From contig RBNJ01000013.1 in NCBI GenBank assembly GCA_003990765.1, positions 1 to 64,000 of the forward strand: DNA of 64,000 bases, read 5' to 3'. Source of the DNA: Jimgerdemannia flammicorona (lineage: Eukaryota). The translations under genes were made by a program, and so were the position numbers. Shown here piece by piece: positions 42,850 to 54,500 of the stretch (the first letter of the stretch is position 1; every line of letters starts with the position of its first letter). Below the pieces are notes generated by a model. That model had not been told where the DNA came from and searched no databases. It was given only the letters and a program-made list of their open reading frames with translations.

Positions 42850-45170
42850 AAATATCTAAAGACCACTAAGAATCCAAATACATATATGTATAAATTATAT
42901 TTATACACAAGCTGTTTTGACATTCAGTCACCAGCTCACCAGTAATAGAAAAAATATGTTCAGATGGAACAGATGTCACCAAAATAGCAAGATAATCATG
43001 AGCCATTTGTGAAAGATTAGGATATACTGACTGATTTCACTACCATCAATCCAGTATATCTATATGAGGATCAGCTGGATTCTCTGACAAATAACTGAAA
43101 CAGAGAAATATGAGTGAAAATTAACCAAGCCAACCAAAAAACATAAAAACAACACCCACTATTCAGACTTATCATCCACATTGATGCACTGTTTCTTCTT
43201 ATATATTGAGTTGATAAAATCATCAACATTATGAGATATTGAGGGTATAATGACAGCATTAACAGACTTATACTTCTTTTCCCAGATACATTTCATCTGA
43301 TTCTTCCATTCATCAATTAAGGATTTTTTCTATTGCTCATAACAGAAATAATGTATGTTGATATATAGATCTAAGGCCAAAGCTATACTGTATAATAGTG
43401 TTGTTTTGCAGTAATACTTTAGAAGTTTCATATGTGTATTCTCAGCAGTAGTAAGCATTATCTATAAAAAATAAAAATATATACATATTACTTCCCAATT
43501 ACTTACTAAATTAGTTCCCAAATTTACAAATAAAATTACTTTCAAAATCATATATATATCTGATTAAAATGTTCACCAGTTTGATATGTATCAATGATAT
43601 TTTCAAGATGATCACATAGCTGATTAAATAGTGGAATAACAGCTGCTATTATAGAATACTTTGAAGCTGATATTATGGTTGTCACTTTGGCAAAAGACTT
43701 GAGAAATTGGTAAATCAATTCAAATTGTTACTATATATCTTCAGATATATTGCTTATTTGCTTATCCATGGTACACAATATATCCAAGTCCTATTTGGAT
43801 ATAATATCAATTTATTTAGTACCAAAATACTTCTGAATCATATTCCAAAATCTATATAAATAGATTCAAAATCTTACACTAACATTTCATATGTAGAACT
43901 CTATCTCATCATAACATCTAAGAGAGGCTTCAAAATGGGAATTCTGGAGGATTCATAGACCTTTGCCAGTTGTGCTTATCATTGTGTTGAATTTTTGATC
44001 TTCTTTATCAACTCTCATAGCTTTCCAATGGGCTTGCTAAGAGAACCAAGAGAAACATGAATGACAATATTCAACACATATCTGAAATAGCATATATGAG
44101 CAAGCAGATGATGGAGATTCTCAAACAGAGTATTATTGTTACTAGCATTATCACATACAACAGCAATGATTTGATTATTACTAGGCAATAAATCATCTAT
44201 TACTAGCTCTAGACTTTTTACAAGATTGGCACCTATATATATTATTTTACTAATATTTATAAAGTCTAAGATAATATTATGTATCTTCTAATCACTATCA
44301 ATTCAATAGGCTGTTATTCCAAGAAAGGCCTTGATGTTAATGTCTGATGTCCAACAATCAAGTATAAGTGATACCTTTAACTTGAGCCCTGCTAGTCTTG
44401 CTTTCACTTAAGTCTACAATAGTTTGAATTCTTTTTGAATAACTCATGAAATCATATCAGCTGATGGAAGAACCAGATCAGAGCATAATATGTGAAGGAG
44501 ATACTTAAAGTCAACATTTTTGATAGTAGAGAATGGCTGATATCTAGTAATAATGAAGTTGGCAATTAACTGATGGAAATTTTCATCACTTAAAGTCTTG
44601 CTAGTGTATTCCTATTTATAATAATAAAATTTGATAAATTATTTTTCTAATAACCTCCTAAGTACTTTCTGAATTCTATTCTATCCATACTTACAATATT
44701 ATCTTTCTTAGACCAGTGAGAATTCTCAGCATGCTAGAGAGGTAAGAGTATAGTATTGTAATACTTCCAGAGATGTCATTTAAAATTGTTGATATTGCTG
44801 TCCTTCAATATATAGCTCCAAGTTATACAATAGTTGCAACTGATGAGCTTACTTTGTAAATTCTATTTGAATAGAGATATATGAGACTATATTAGAACCT
44901 CAACTACTTACAACCAATCACCTACTCTTATGACTAATGAGACCAATTACCCCTATGAATATAACTATTAGTAAAATGTATAAAACTACCTTTGTAGTAT
45001 GATTCTACACCTAGCTATTATTAGGTTTTGTTTTTATTTTTATTCTTATACTCATTAGTGATAATAAACTAATGGAGATATCTGATATATCCTCTGATAT
45101 ATTCTCTGATATATCATCTGACAGTTCTGAGATTTCTCCTAAATATACTTCTTGATCTTTAGACATTTCA
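42850..45170 (-). pseudogene. hAT (Ac-like) transposase, degenerate, probably intron-containing (ends approximate)
   Basis: VSLILDCWTS...AFLGITA (~44310-44375), VCDNASNN (~44140), CxxH-like region (~44060-44100), LDV..R(W)SSTYEML (~43880-43930), YPNLSQMA.DYLAI..TSVPSE.IFS (~42930-43050). Confidence 0.92.
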
Positions 45171-45509
45171 AATATTTGATAACAGTAGGGACTGGGAGCT
45201 TGAGTGGGAGGCTGAGAGCTGGAAAGTGGCTAGGAAGTAGTAAGCTAGAGAGTGGCGAACTGGAAAATGAGCTAGGGGGGCAGTGAACTAGAGAACAGGA
45301 AGTTGGGGGGAGGCAGTGAGCAGCAGGAAAAGCCAGGAACTGTGGAGCCTGGAACAGGAGTCAGCGAGCTGGAGAGCAGCAAGAGAGAGAGCAATAAGGT
45401 GGCATATAATAGCCAATAATTGATTGTAGACAGAGGATGGATGAATAAATATGCATGAGTAGTAAACTAGTACCCATCACATAACTGCAAACAGCAAACA
45501 TACTTTGGA

Positions 45510-45941
45510 GATTCAGCATGTTCTATATAAGCCCTGATTGAGCAAGGTTTGTAATAACATTTGAGCAAGGTTTGTAGTATGTTTGAGCAAGATTTGTAGT
45601 GAGGTTCAAGCAAGATTTACAAGCAAGATTAAAGTGAGATTTGTAAGCAAGATTTGCATATAAGATTAAAGCAAGATTTACATAAGTCAGACTTTGCAAG
45701 CCTTGTACTTGCAAGGCTGGACAAGCTCAGTCACAAGCTGATATAATATATATATACATAAGCTGATATCACATGATATCAGCTATTGGCTGAGCTTGTA
45801 AGTACAAAGCTTACAAAGCCTGGCTTATACAAATCTCATTTGCAAATCTTACTTGAACCTTACTGCAAATCTCACTGTAAATCTCACTCAAACATACTAC
45901 AAATCTTGCTCAATTGGGGCTTATACAGAACCCACTGAATC
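45510..45941. repeat. Foldback / long inverted repeat 1 inside the hAT element
   Basis: GTTCTATATAAGCCCTGATTGAGCAAG... pairs with ...CTTGCTCAATTGGGGCTTATACAGAAC; inner palindrome at 45761-45784. Confidence 0.85.
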
Positions 45942-45942
45942 A

Positions 45943-46157
45943 TGCAGAGAGGAGTGGAACACAGTGAGGAAAGCTCCAGATTGCAAGTATAAGCATAAGT
46001 ATAAGCTTTGCTCTGCTCAGTCTGACAAGCTAATAATAAGCTAATATCATGTGATATCAGCTATCAGCTGAGTGAAGCAAAGCTTGCACTTGTGCTTATG
46101 CTTATGCTTATGCTTGTAATCCAGAGCTTTCCTCACTGCATTCCACTCCTCTTACAT
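45943..46157. repeat. Foldback / inverted repeat 2 inside the hAT element
   Basis: AGAGGAGTGGAA.ACAGTGAGGAAAGCTC... pairs with ...GAGCTTTCCTCACTGCATTCCACTCCTCT; inner palindrome at 46039-46062. Confidence 0.85.
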
Positions 46158-46491
46158 TCTACTCCTCTTGTATTCCACTCCTCTTGCATAACCCTCATAT
46201 ATTCCTCCACCTCCCTCACCCTCATTTCTCAGATTGCAAACAACATGTAATTTAGAAATGAGTTTTGAAAGAGATTTTGAAGAGATTCTGAAAGAGATTT
46301 CAAAGAGATTCCAAAAGAGCTTCTAAAAGAGATTTTAGAGAGATTCTGAAAGAGCTTCTGAAAGATGTTATAGCTTTTGAATATTTAAGATATTGAAAGC
46401 TTACTTTTATCTCTCATTCTTTTCACCTCATCCTTTACTTCACCTTGTCCTTCACTTTGCCTTACTTAATTCACTGCTATATTGAGAAAAC

Positions 46492-47760
46492 ATGGATATG
46501 ACTGTCTGGTCAATAAGTATTTACTTGGTCCCCCCTAAGCTTGACATACTTTAGCTCACTATCCCAAAGCTTGGCACTCTAAAGATGCCCAGCTTGCTGA
46601 TATCCAACCTGCTGAGCTTGCTGACACCCAGCCTACTGAGCTTGTCAACACTCAGCCTATCAAGCTTGCTGACACCCAGCCTGCCAAGCTTGCCAATACC
46701 CAGGTTGCTGAGCTTGCTGACTCCCAGCTTACTGACCCTCAGCTCCTCAATCTCCAGCTTGACCACCAGCTCACTGCTGGTCTGCAAGCACAAGGTCCCC
46801 CACCAGATCTCAATAATGTAGCTTGAAAAAGTTAGTTTTTTTTTTTTTTTCATTTTAAATCAATGTCCAAATTTTTTTCCTAATAATATTTGAAATATAT
46901 ATATCCTCTAGCTTCTAAGCCTGGGCTGGAGTACAAATCTTGCTACAATTGCCATTTTTGCTATTAAGTTTGCCCAAGCACTATCTGGAAGTATTACCAA
47001 ACCAATTTCCTAGATGCCCCAAATCTCACAGAGAAAAGGCCTTATAAATCAGACATTAGGTATGTTTTCACTGTGGCCAACAAATGTATTAAGAAAGTAC
47101 ATGACAACCAACTGAGGCAAGAAGTCATAAGAGTGATAAAAAACTATGTAAAAATTATAGAACATTTGTCATACTATGCTGGCTTCAAGGTGAATGCCAA
47201 AGCATGGAACAAGCAAGATTGTCCAGATAGAATTGTTATCATAGATGAACATGAAAAACTGCTGGCCATATTTGAATGAGTACTAGTGAAGAATGACAAA
47301 ATGCTTTATATACAACTGATGGATAACAGACTTGTGCATTTTGTTGAGAGTAGTGGTGGTGGAGAAGATGAAGAGATGGGAGAGATTAGTGCTGGTGGAG
47401 GAGTCAGTGCCAGTGGAGAGGTCAGTGGAGAGGTCAGCATGGGGGAGGTTGGTGTGGGGGAGATTGGTGCAGGGAAGGTCAGTATGGAGGAATATGGAGA
47501 GATCAGTGTGGGGGAGGTCAGCATGGAGGAACATGGGGAGGTCAGCATGGAGGAATACAGTGAGGTCAGTATAAAGGATGAAATGGAGGTTAGTATAGAG
47601 GAGGTTGGTGCAGAGAAGGATATGAAAGAGGAGGATATAGAGAAAAGTGGTTCAGAATATATGAAGGAAGATGATTTGGAATATGAGAAGAAGAAGGATC
47701 AGTTGGTTTATAGTGATAAAGAGGAGGAGGATTAGTTAGTTTATAGTGAGGAAGAGTAAG
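46492..47760 (+). pseudogene. Second, divergently oriented gene relic in the hAT element (S/P/T-rich repeats, central domain, acidic tail); unknown function
   Basis: ATG at 46492; intron-like segments ~46513-46553 and 46831-46910; ORFs 47073-47279 and 47286-47735 are in one frame separated by a single TGA. Confidence 0.6.
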
Positions 47761-48558
47761 ATCTATTCATACTGGTAAGTTCTTTATTTTTCTGATTTAC
47801 TTCCTATTTATTTCTAATTTCATTTTGATTTCTGATTCCTAATTATGTTTCTGTTTGTTTATTCTAAATATATATCTTAAATGTGCAATATATTTTTTTT
47901 AGTACCTTGTAGCTTAAAGGTAGATTAAAGATGGATCTATGTTAGGTTAAATATAGATCAGGGTTGGGTCATATATATTTCTCAGATCAGATCACATATA
48001 TTTCTTGGGTTGAGTTAAAGATGAGTTACATATAATTCTGAGTCAGATTAAAGATGGGTGACATATATTTCCAGATCAGGTTAAAGATGGATAATATATA
48101 ATTCTGGGTCAGATTAAAGATAGGTGATATATAATTCCAGGTTGAATTAAAGATGAGTGATGTATAATTCTGGATCAGATTAAAGATGGGTGATGTATAA
48201 TTCTGGGTTGAGTTAAATATGTACATGAGTTAGCTTGGGTTGTAATGCACTAGCTATTATAGATAGAAAAAAGAGTAATAATAATAAACTAGTTAGATAC
48301 TAGACTAGGAGTAGTTGTTAGAATTGAGATAGGTATTATCTTGGTAGAGCTTTTTGATTAACTAGAGTAGTATAGTAACTAATATTCTAGCTTATCTAAC
48401 TAGAACTAAGAGCTAATATAACAATATGATCAAGATCTGTAGTAGGATTATAATCTTTTCAGGCCTTAGCCTATATGTATATTAATCCTTTTGAGAGAGT
48501 CTTATATATAGGTTTTTTACTCATCTACTATAAATCTATTCTACTTTTTATTAGTTAG

Positions 48559-51500
48559 TGTCATGTAGTGGTTGCTGAGTCTTTCAAATACACCAGATTC
48601 TCTTCAAGGTGTATCTCTTAGACTAACTCAAGTTTGTTATAAGCAAGTTCTTATTGGACTGCCTTCCTAAGGTCTTATAGTCCTTAAACTTCTTATCTTT
48701 AACTGTCTTGTTATCTCTTAAATTGCTTGCAAGGAAGTGTGTGTAAGTAAAACTGGAACTGACTTTATTTCAGAGAAAATAAGAGGGGTATTTATACAAA
48801 ATATAATTCAATGGTTGCTAAGATATAAAGTTAAATATAAATTCCAATAACTAAAACTACTAAGTTCCAGGGTTGGCACTGATGGTTGTACAGGCTCAGG
48901 ATACTGGTATAATTCAGTGTCATATCAGAATACTGGTGCTGGAATAATTTCGCATCACCTCAGAATACTGGTACTGGAACAATTTCACATTACCTCAGAA
49001 TACTGGTGCTGGCATTATCCAGTGTTACATGAGAATACCAGTGCTGGCATTATCCAGTGTAACAAAGAACTTAGAGCAGAAAGTTCAGGACTATGTGGGC
49101 TTCATTCTCATCATCATCATCACTGAAGGAGATGAGATCTATAAATTTATCATTTTCACATGATTTGATGTTATACGAGATGACATCATCACTGATGACA
49201 TCATCATGTTTGGTGGGGAAATCAGAGAGGAGGTCTGGGGCTCTCCAGTCTATGAGGTTCTCTTCCACAAAATAAGGGACAAATGTGGGATCTTGGGGAG
49301 ATCTAACTCAGATGCTTGGGCCTTGGAATACTGAGATCAACCCTTGCAGGAATTGGTCTGGGTTGTCCTGGAGGATAGGGTACCAGAAGTCTTCTACTTC
49401 ATCACTATTGAGGGTGATAGTGGACTGGGCTTCTGTAGCTATCCTGACTTCTAGTGCATTGATACAGTGGGATAACAGATCTCTGAAATCTGAGACTCTA
49501 ATATACTCCAAGTTGGGGATCAACTATGGTACATGTCTGAAGATCTGATAGATCTTCTTAGCTGTCCTTATTTCATATATATCCATGGAAGTGGCATCTT
49601 GTAGCTCTTGAGTGCTGGCCTGTGGGAACTCCTAGCAGAGGAGGTTTCCTATTTCGTACTCCTGCCACATTTGGAGACATTCAGTAGCAATGGTGATCCT
49701 TGTTTCCATTTCACAGCAGTAGAGGATAAAGTGATAAGAGTCTGCAGTACTCAGGTTGACACTAGGAGTTCTTCTTGAACAGGTCCTCATGGCTCTTCTG
49801 ATGTCTTAGAACATCCTTTCTTTGACTGAGATACCTTGGTGGTTCCTTGACCTTGAGGTTTGGTAGGCAGCAGGCATTTTGTTTGTAGTAAGTCTTTGAG
49901 CTATTTTGGGATTGGTGGTTCTTATTGGTTGCTGCTACTGCAGTTCCTTGATCCTTCTTTTATATTCTTCAGGATACTTGTACTGTGGTTACAATGACTC
50001 ACAGTTAGTCATCATTGCTCATCTTGTATACCATATGATCTTCTTGTGTTCTGATCTGGTGACTTATAAGGAAAAACTATCTCCCATGCTAATGTCATCA
50101 TTCTGAGGTCACCATTACATCTTCCTCCTGAATAAGAATCTTCTTGAGTGTCCTTATTCATTAGTCCAGTCCTGAAAAATTTGCTGATCTCATAACCTCT
50201 GGCAAGGGGTCAAAAAGTGGTGTTTATGGGCTGGCATCTTCCCTTTGTATTTTGGCATAATGGTAAAGAGTTGCTCCCTTCATATAGAGCAAGGGCCTGA
50301 TTCTGATCTTGACTAATCAATTGATGGTTCAAACTCCTCTAACTTTGAAAGTCTTACAGATAAGTAGTTACCAGTGCCATATCTCTTAGAGAATGGTCCA
50401 GACAGATAGCCTGCTGGTCACAGGACATGCTGTTATGATTTGCAGACTAGAACCTCATGGGCAGTCATCATGTTTTGCTTCTCTTGTATAGATTTGTGGT
50501 ACTTCTTGAGTCTGTTCCTATATATTGTAGTAGGCAGTATAGTCTCTGAGATTTTTCTAAGCCAGAAGGTAGTTCCCTTGATATCTTGCATGTAGAAGAG
50601 TTCTTCCCATTTGGGCTCCAGTTTTTGTAACTATGAGGCTTCTACCATATTTTGATACAGTAGAACCTTTTCTCCAATTCAGATAGGTTCTAGGGCCTTA
50701 TGATTCTTTTCTGTATTCTTCCTTATCAGTGCTTGTAACTTGGTGATATAATCTTCAGCCTTCTTCTAGTCTCCAGATTTCTGCATCAACCCATCTCCAA
50801 GTTAGATCTAGATTCATGGCTGAGGTTCCATCAGAATCTTCTTCTCCGAAGAGCAGCTCTCTTGGAGTAAAGTGTGTGCTCTGTGACTATATGTCTCATA
50901 GGACAGAGAGGGCAGTTGGGAGATAGTTATCCCAATTCTCATATATCTCTGAGATCTTCACTAGGATATTCTTGAGGGTCTTGTTGGTTCTCTCTATCTG
51001 TCCATTTCCTTAAGGGTGGTATATAGTGGTCTTGATGTGCTGGATCTTGTATTTCTGATATATTATCTCATGGAATCTATTGACAAATTCTGTTCTGTAG
51101 TCTGTTGTGATTTGCTTTGGTGTCTTGTAGCAGTAGATGATTTCTCGATGCAGGAAGTCAGCTATAGAGAGGGCATTGGCTTCTTGTAATGCTCCTGTCT
51201 CTATCCATTTGGTGAAGAGGTCTACAATAACTATAATATAGTGGTTTCCTGATAGTTTTACTGATAGTGGTCCAATAATATCCATTGTGATATAGTGGAA
51301 GGGGATAAGCTCAATTTTTAATAATCTGGATACCTGGTCTTGCTGATCTTGTTTCTGTTTTTGACACTTGTCACACCCTTTGACAAATTGGCACAGGTCT
51401 TCTTCCATCTTGGGCCACTATATGGTTCTTCTTGCCTTATCATATGTATTGGTTCTTCCTAAGTATCCTTGCTCATGTACTTCCTTCATTACTTGATACT

Positions 51501-54500
51501 TCTTATATTCAGATATTACTAGCTTTCCTCCTTTTCTGAGTATAGTGTTGTCTAATTCAAACTGTTTCCAAGTCTGGTTGATGATAGTGATTGTTCAGGG
51601 TTTAAGGTAGTTGGGCATCTTCTGCTGCCTAAAATAGCTGATTAATCCATAGTATAGCTCCTTATTCATGTTGAATAGTCTTGATGTAGATATTTTGGGG
51701 TATTCTTGAGAGTGCATCAGCATTGGTGTTGATCTTTTCTGAGTGGTGCTTGACAGTACAGTCATACTCTTGCAGTCTGTAGATCCATCTGGCATATATT
51801 CTTTTGGGGTTCAGAGTGTGGAATAGCCAGACAAGAGCAGAGTGGTCTGTTTGAATAGTGAAGTGTTTCCCAGCTAGGTAGTAGTGGAACTTGTCTACTG
51901 CCCAGACCACTGCTAAGCATTCAAGCTTGCATGACTCATAGTTCTGTTCTGCTCCGCAGGTACCTTGGCTTGCATAGGAGATGACATATTCATGTCCATC
52001 TTTCTTCTGAGCTAGGACTGCTCAAAGTCCTATAGCACTTACATCTGTCTGCAGGATGAATTCTAGGTTCCAATCTGGTCTTCTGAAGATAAGTACTTGA
52101 GTCAATCTGATCTTGAGTTCATTGAAGGTTTCTTGGCACTCCTTGGTCCATTCAAACTTGGTTTTCTTCTTCAGTAGCTCATAGATAGGTGCTGCAATAT
52201 TGGAGTATCCTTTGATGAATTTTCTATAGTAGCTGGCTAGTCCAAGGAAGGCGTGGACTTCTGTAGTTGTTCTGAGTCTCAGATAGGCTGCAACAGCCTT
52301 GATCTTCATAGAGTCTGTGTGGATTCCAGTCTGGTTGATGAGGTGTCCTAGGTAGGTGATTTCTTGAGCTGCAAACTTGCATTTTTTGGGCTTGATGTAG
52401 AGGTCATACTTCTTGAGCTTCTTGAGGGCTAGCTGTATATGATTGACATATTCCTGTATAGTGTTGCTGAAGATGATCACATCATCAACATAGACAAAGA
52501 GCCATTTTCTAATCTCGTTGCTGAAGACTCTGTTCATCATTTGCTGAAAACTTGCTGGGGTATTGCATATTCCAAATAGCATTCACAGATAGATATAGGT
52601 GGCATTAGGTGTGATGAAGGCTGATTTCTCACTGGCATCTTGAGTGAGACCAATCTGATAGAAGTCTGAGAACAGATCCAAGGTGGTGTAGTATTTGGCT
52701 TTACTTCCAAGAGTGGTAAGGATTTCCTAAATATTTGGCAAGGGCTGCCTATCCTTCTTGGTAATAGCATTGAGCTTCCTGTAGTCAATACAGAGTCTTG
52801 GCGCAAATTCTCCAGGCTTGTTTCCTTTCTTTGGGGCAAGGACAATGGGTGAGGCCTAGGGGCTGATAGCTTGCTTGATGATCCCGGCTTCTTCTATTTC
52901 CTTGAGTTCTGCTTGCAGCCACTCTCTGTAGGCAGGTGGTATGGGTCTGGCTTTCTGGTAGATGGGCTTGGTATTGCCAGTGTCAACTTCATAGTAGTAC
53001 TTGGATTCTTAATTGTAGATATCCCTGAAGTCTGTAGCAAGTACTCCTTCATTCTGGTACAGGATCTTGAGAAGTTGTTCCTCCAGGGGAAAGTTTTCTC
53101 CAATGGTATATGTGTGCTTGTTCTAGTCCTTGTCTTTCTTATACTCGAGTTCAGTAATCTTGGTAGTGGCATAGGCTCCTCTTCCAGTAGATCCAAAGTC
53201 TTGTTCTCCTCTCTTGGTCTTGATGAGTTCGATGGCTTCAATGATCTTGGGCTTCTTAATTTCATGGATCAGCATCTGACCAATCCTGTCATACTTCTTG
53301 ACTTCAAAGGGGGTGATGTAGTTGTGATTTCTGACTATGAGGAAGATCTCACTAGTGTAATCGGGGTCAATTACTCCTCCTTCAACTGAGATTTTGCTTT
53401 TGACCAGACTGCTCCTGGTCTTGATAATTCCGGCATGGTTCTCTGGCAGCTTGACTCCAATTCCAGTGTCAAGTAGGATAGTGGTCTGTAGTTCTAGGAT
53501 AGCATCTTGAATGCTGGCAAGGTCCATTTCTATGGCTCCTTCAGTCTTATATTCTGGGATCTTGGCTTTGGGGTAGAACTTCTTAACCTTGAGAGTGATG
53601 TCTGATTCTTGTTCCTCCTCATTGTCACTGTCAGCTTGGAGCTCTGGGGGCTAGTCATCTTCTTCAGCTTTCCTTTTTACTTTGGTAGCTTCTTGCTCAT
53701 ATTTCTGTTGACAGATTTTCCTAACTTTACTGATACAGGACCAGCAGTCATTCAGGTGTTCAGAGCAGTACATCCTAGTACCATGGGGGCATCTTCCTTG
53801 AGGGGCATAGCCATCGATGATCTTGTTGTACTACTGCTCATCTGTAAGCTTGGGTGTCTTGTTCTTGTTCTTATTCACTGAGTGCATAAAGACCTCTGTA
53901 TCCTTTTCATCTCCTTCCTCTATGTCTAGTAGGACTCCTTTGTAAACATTGATAGAGACTTATACCTTTCTTCCTCTATAGTTGATCTGCATCTTCTGGG
54001 TATTGAGGTCAATGATAGCCTTGGCCTTATGAAGCCATTGGTTACTAATGAGGATGTCATAGTTGGTGGTGCTTATAACAATCACATCTACTGGGATAGT
54101 AGCTTGATGGGGACTTCTTGGATTTTGCCAAGGGGGATAGCTTATGTACCATCTGCTGTAACATAGACCATCTTGGTGGACTCTTTAATATCCCAGCCTA
54201 GGCAGTCAATTGCCTTCTTACTCATGAGGCATTCTCCAGCACTAGTATCAATGATGGCATCAAAGATACAATCTTCGATCTGACATAAGGTATAGGCTGA
54301 TATCTTGCACTGGTCTTCGGATTCTTTACCTGAGTTTTCGGATTCTTCCTGTGTATTGTGAGCTTCTACAATCTTGTACTCTTGATTCTTGACAGTAGTT
54401 GCAAGTCCTACTCTCAACTGCTATCTGAAGGCAGAGACTTCAGCTAGCTGTCCAAAGGTAGCATTGACCTTCTGTTCCTTAAGGTTCTTGTAGATATCAT

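Larger units (their letters stand above)
42414..48252 (-). mobile_element. hAT-superfamily DNA transposon, 5.84 kb
   Basis: Termini TAGTGC...GCACTA; 8-bp TSD GCTATCAT (42406-42413) and GCTATTAT (48253-48260); inverted ~36-bp subterminal repeat arrays at ~42460-42800 and ~47940-48240. Confidence 0.93.

Noticed and set aside
42460-48240. Regular ~36-bp arrays (and the 35-bp LTR repeats) as CRISPR-like arrays
   Set aside because: The units are tandem without unique spacers, there are no cas genes, the context is eukaryotic, and they are explained as transposon subterminal or LTR repeats.
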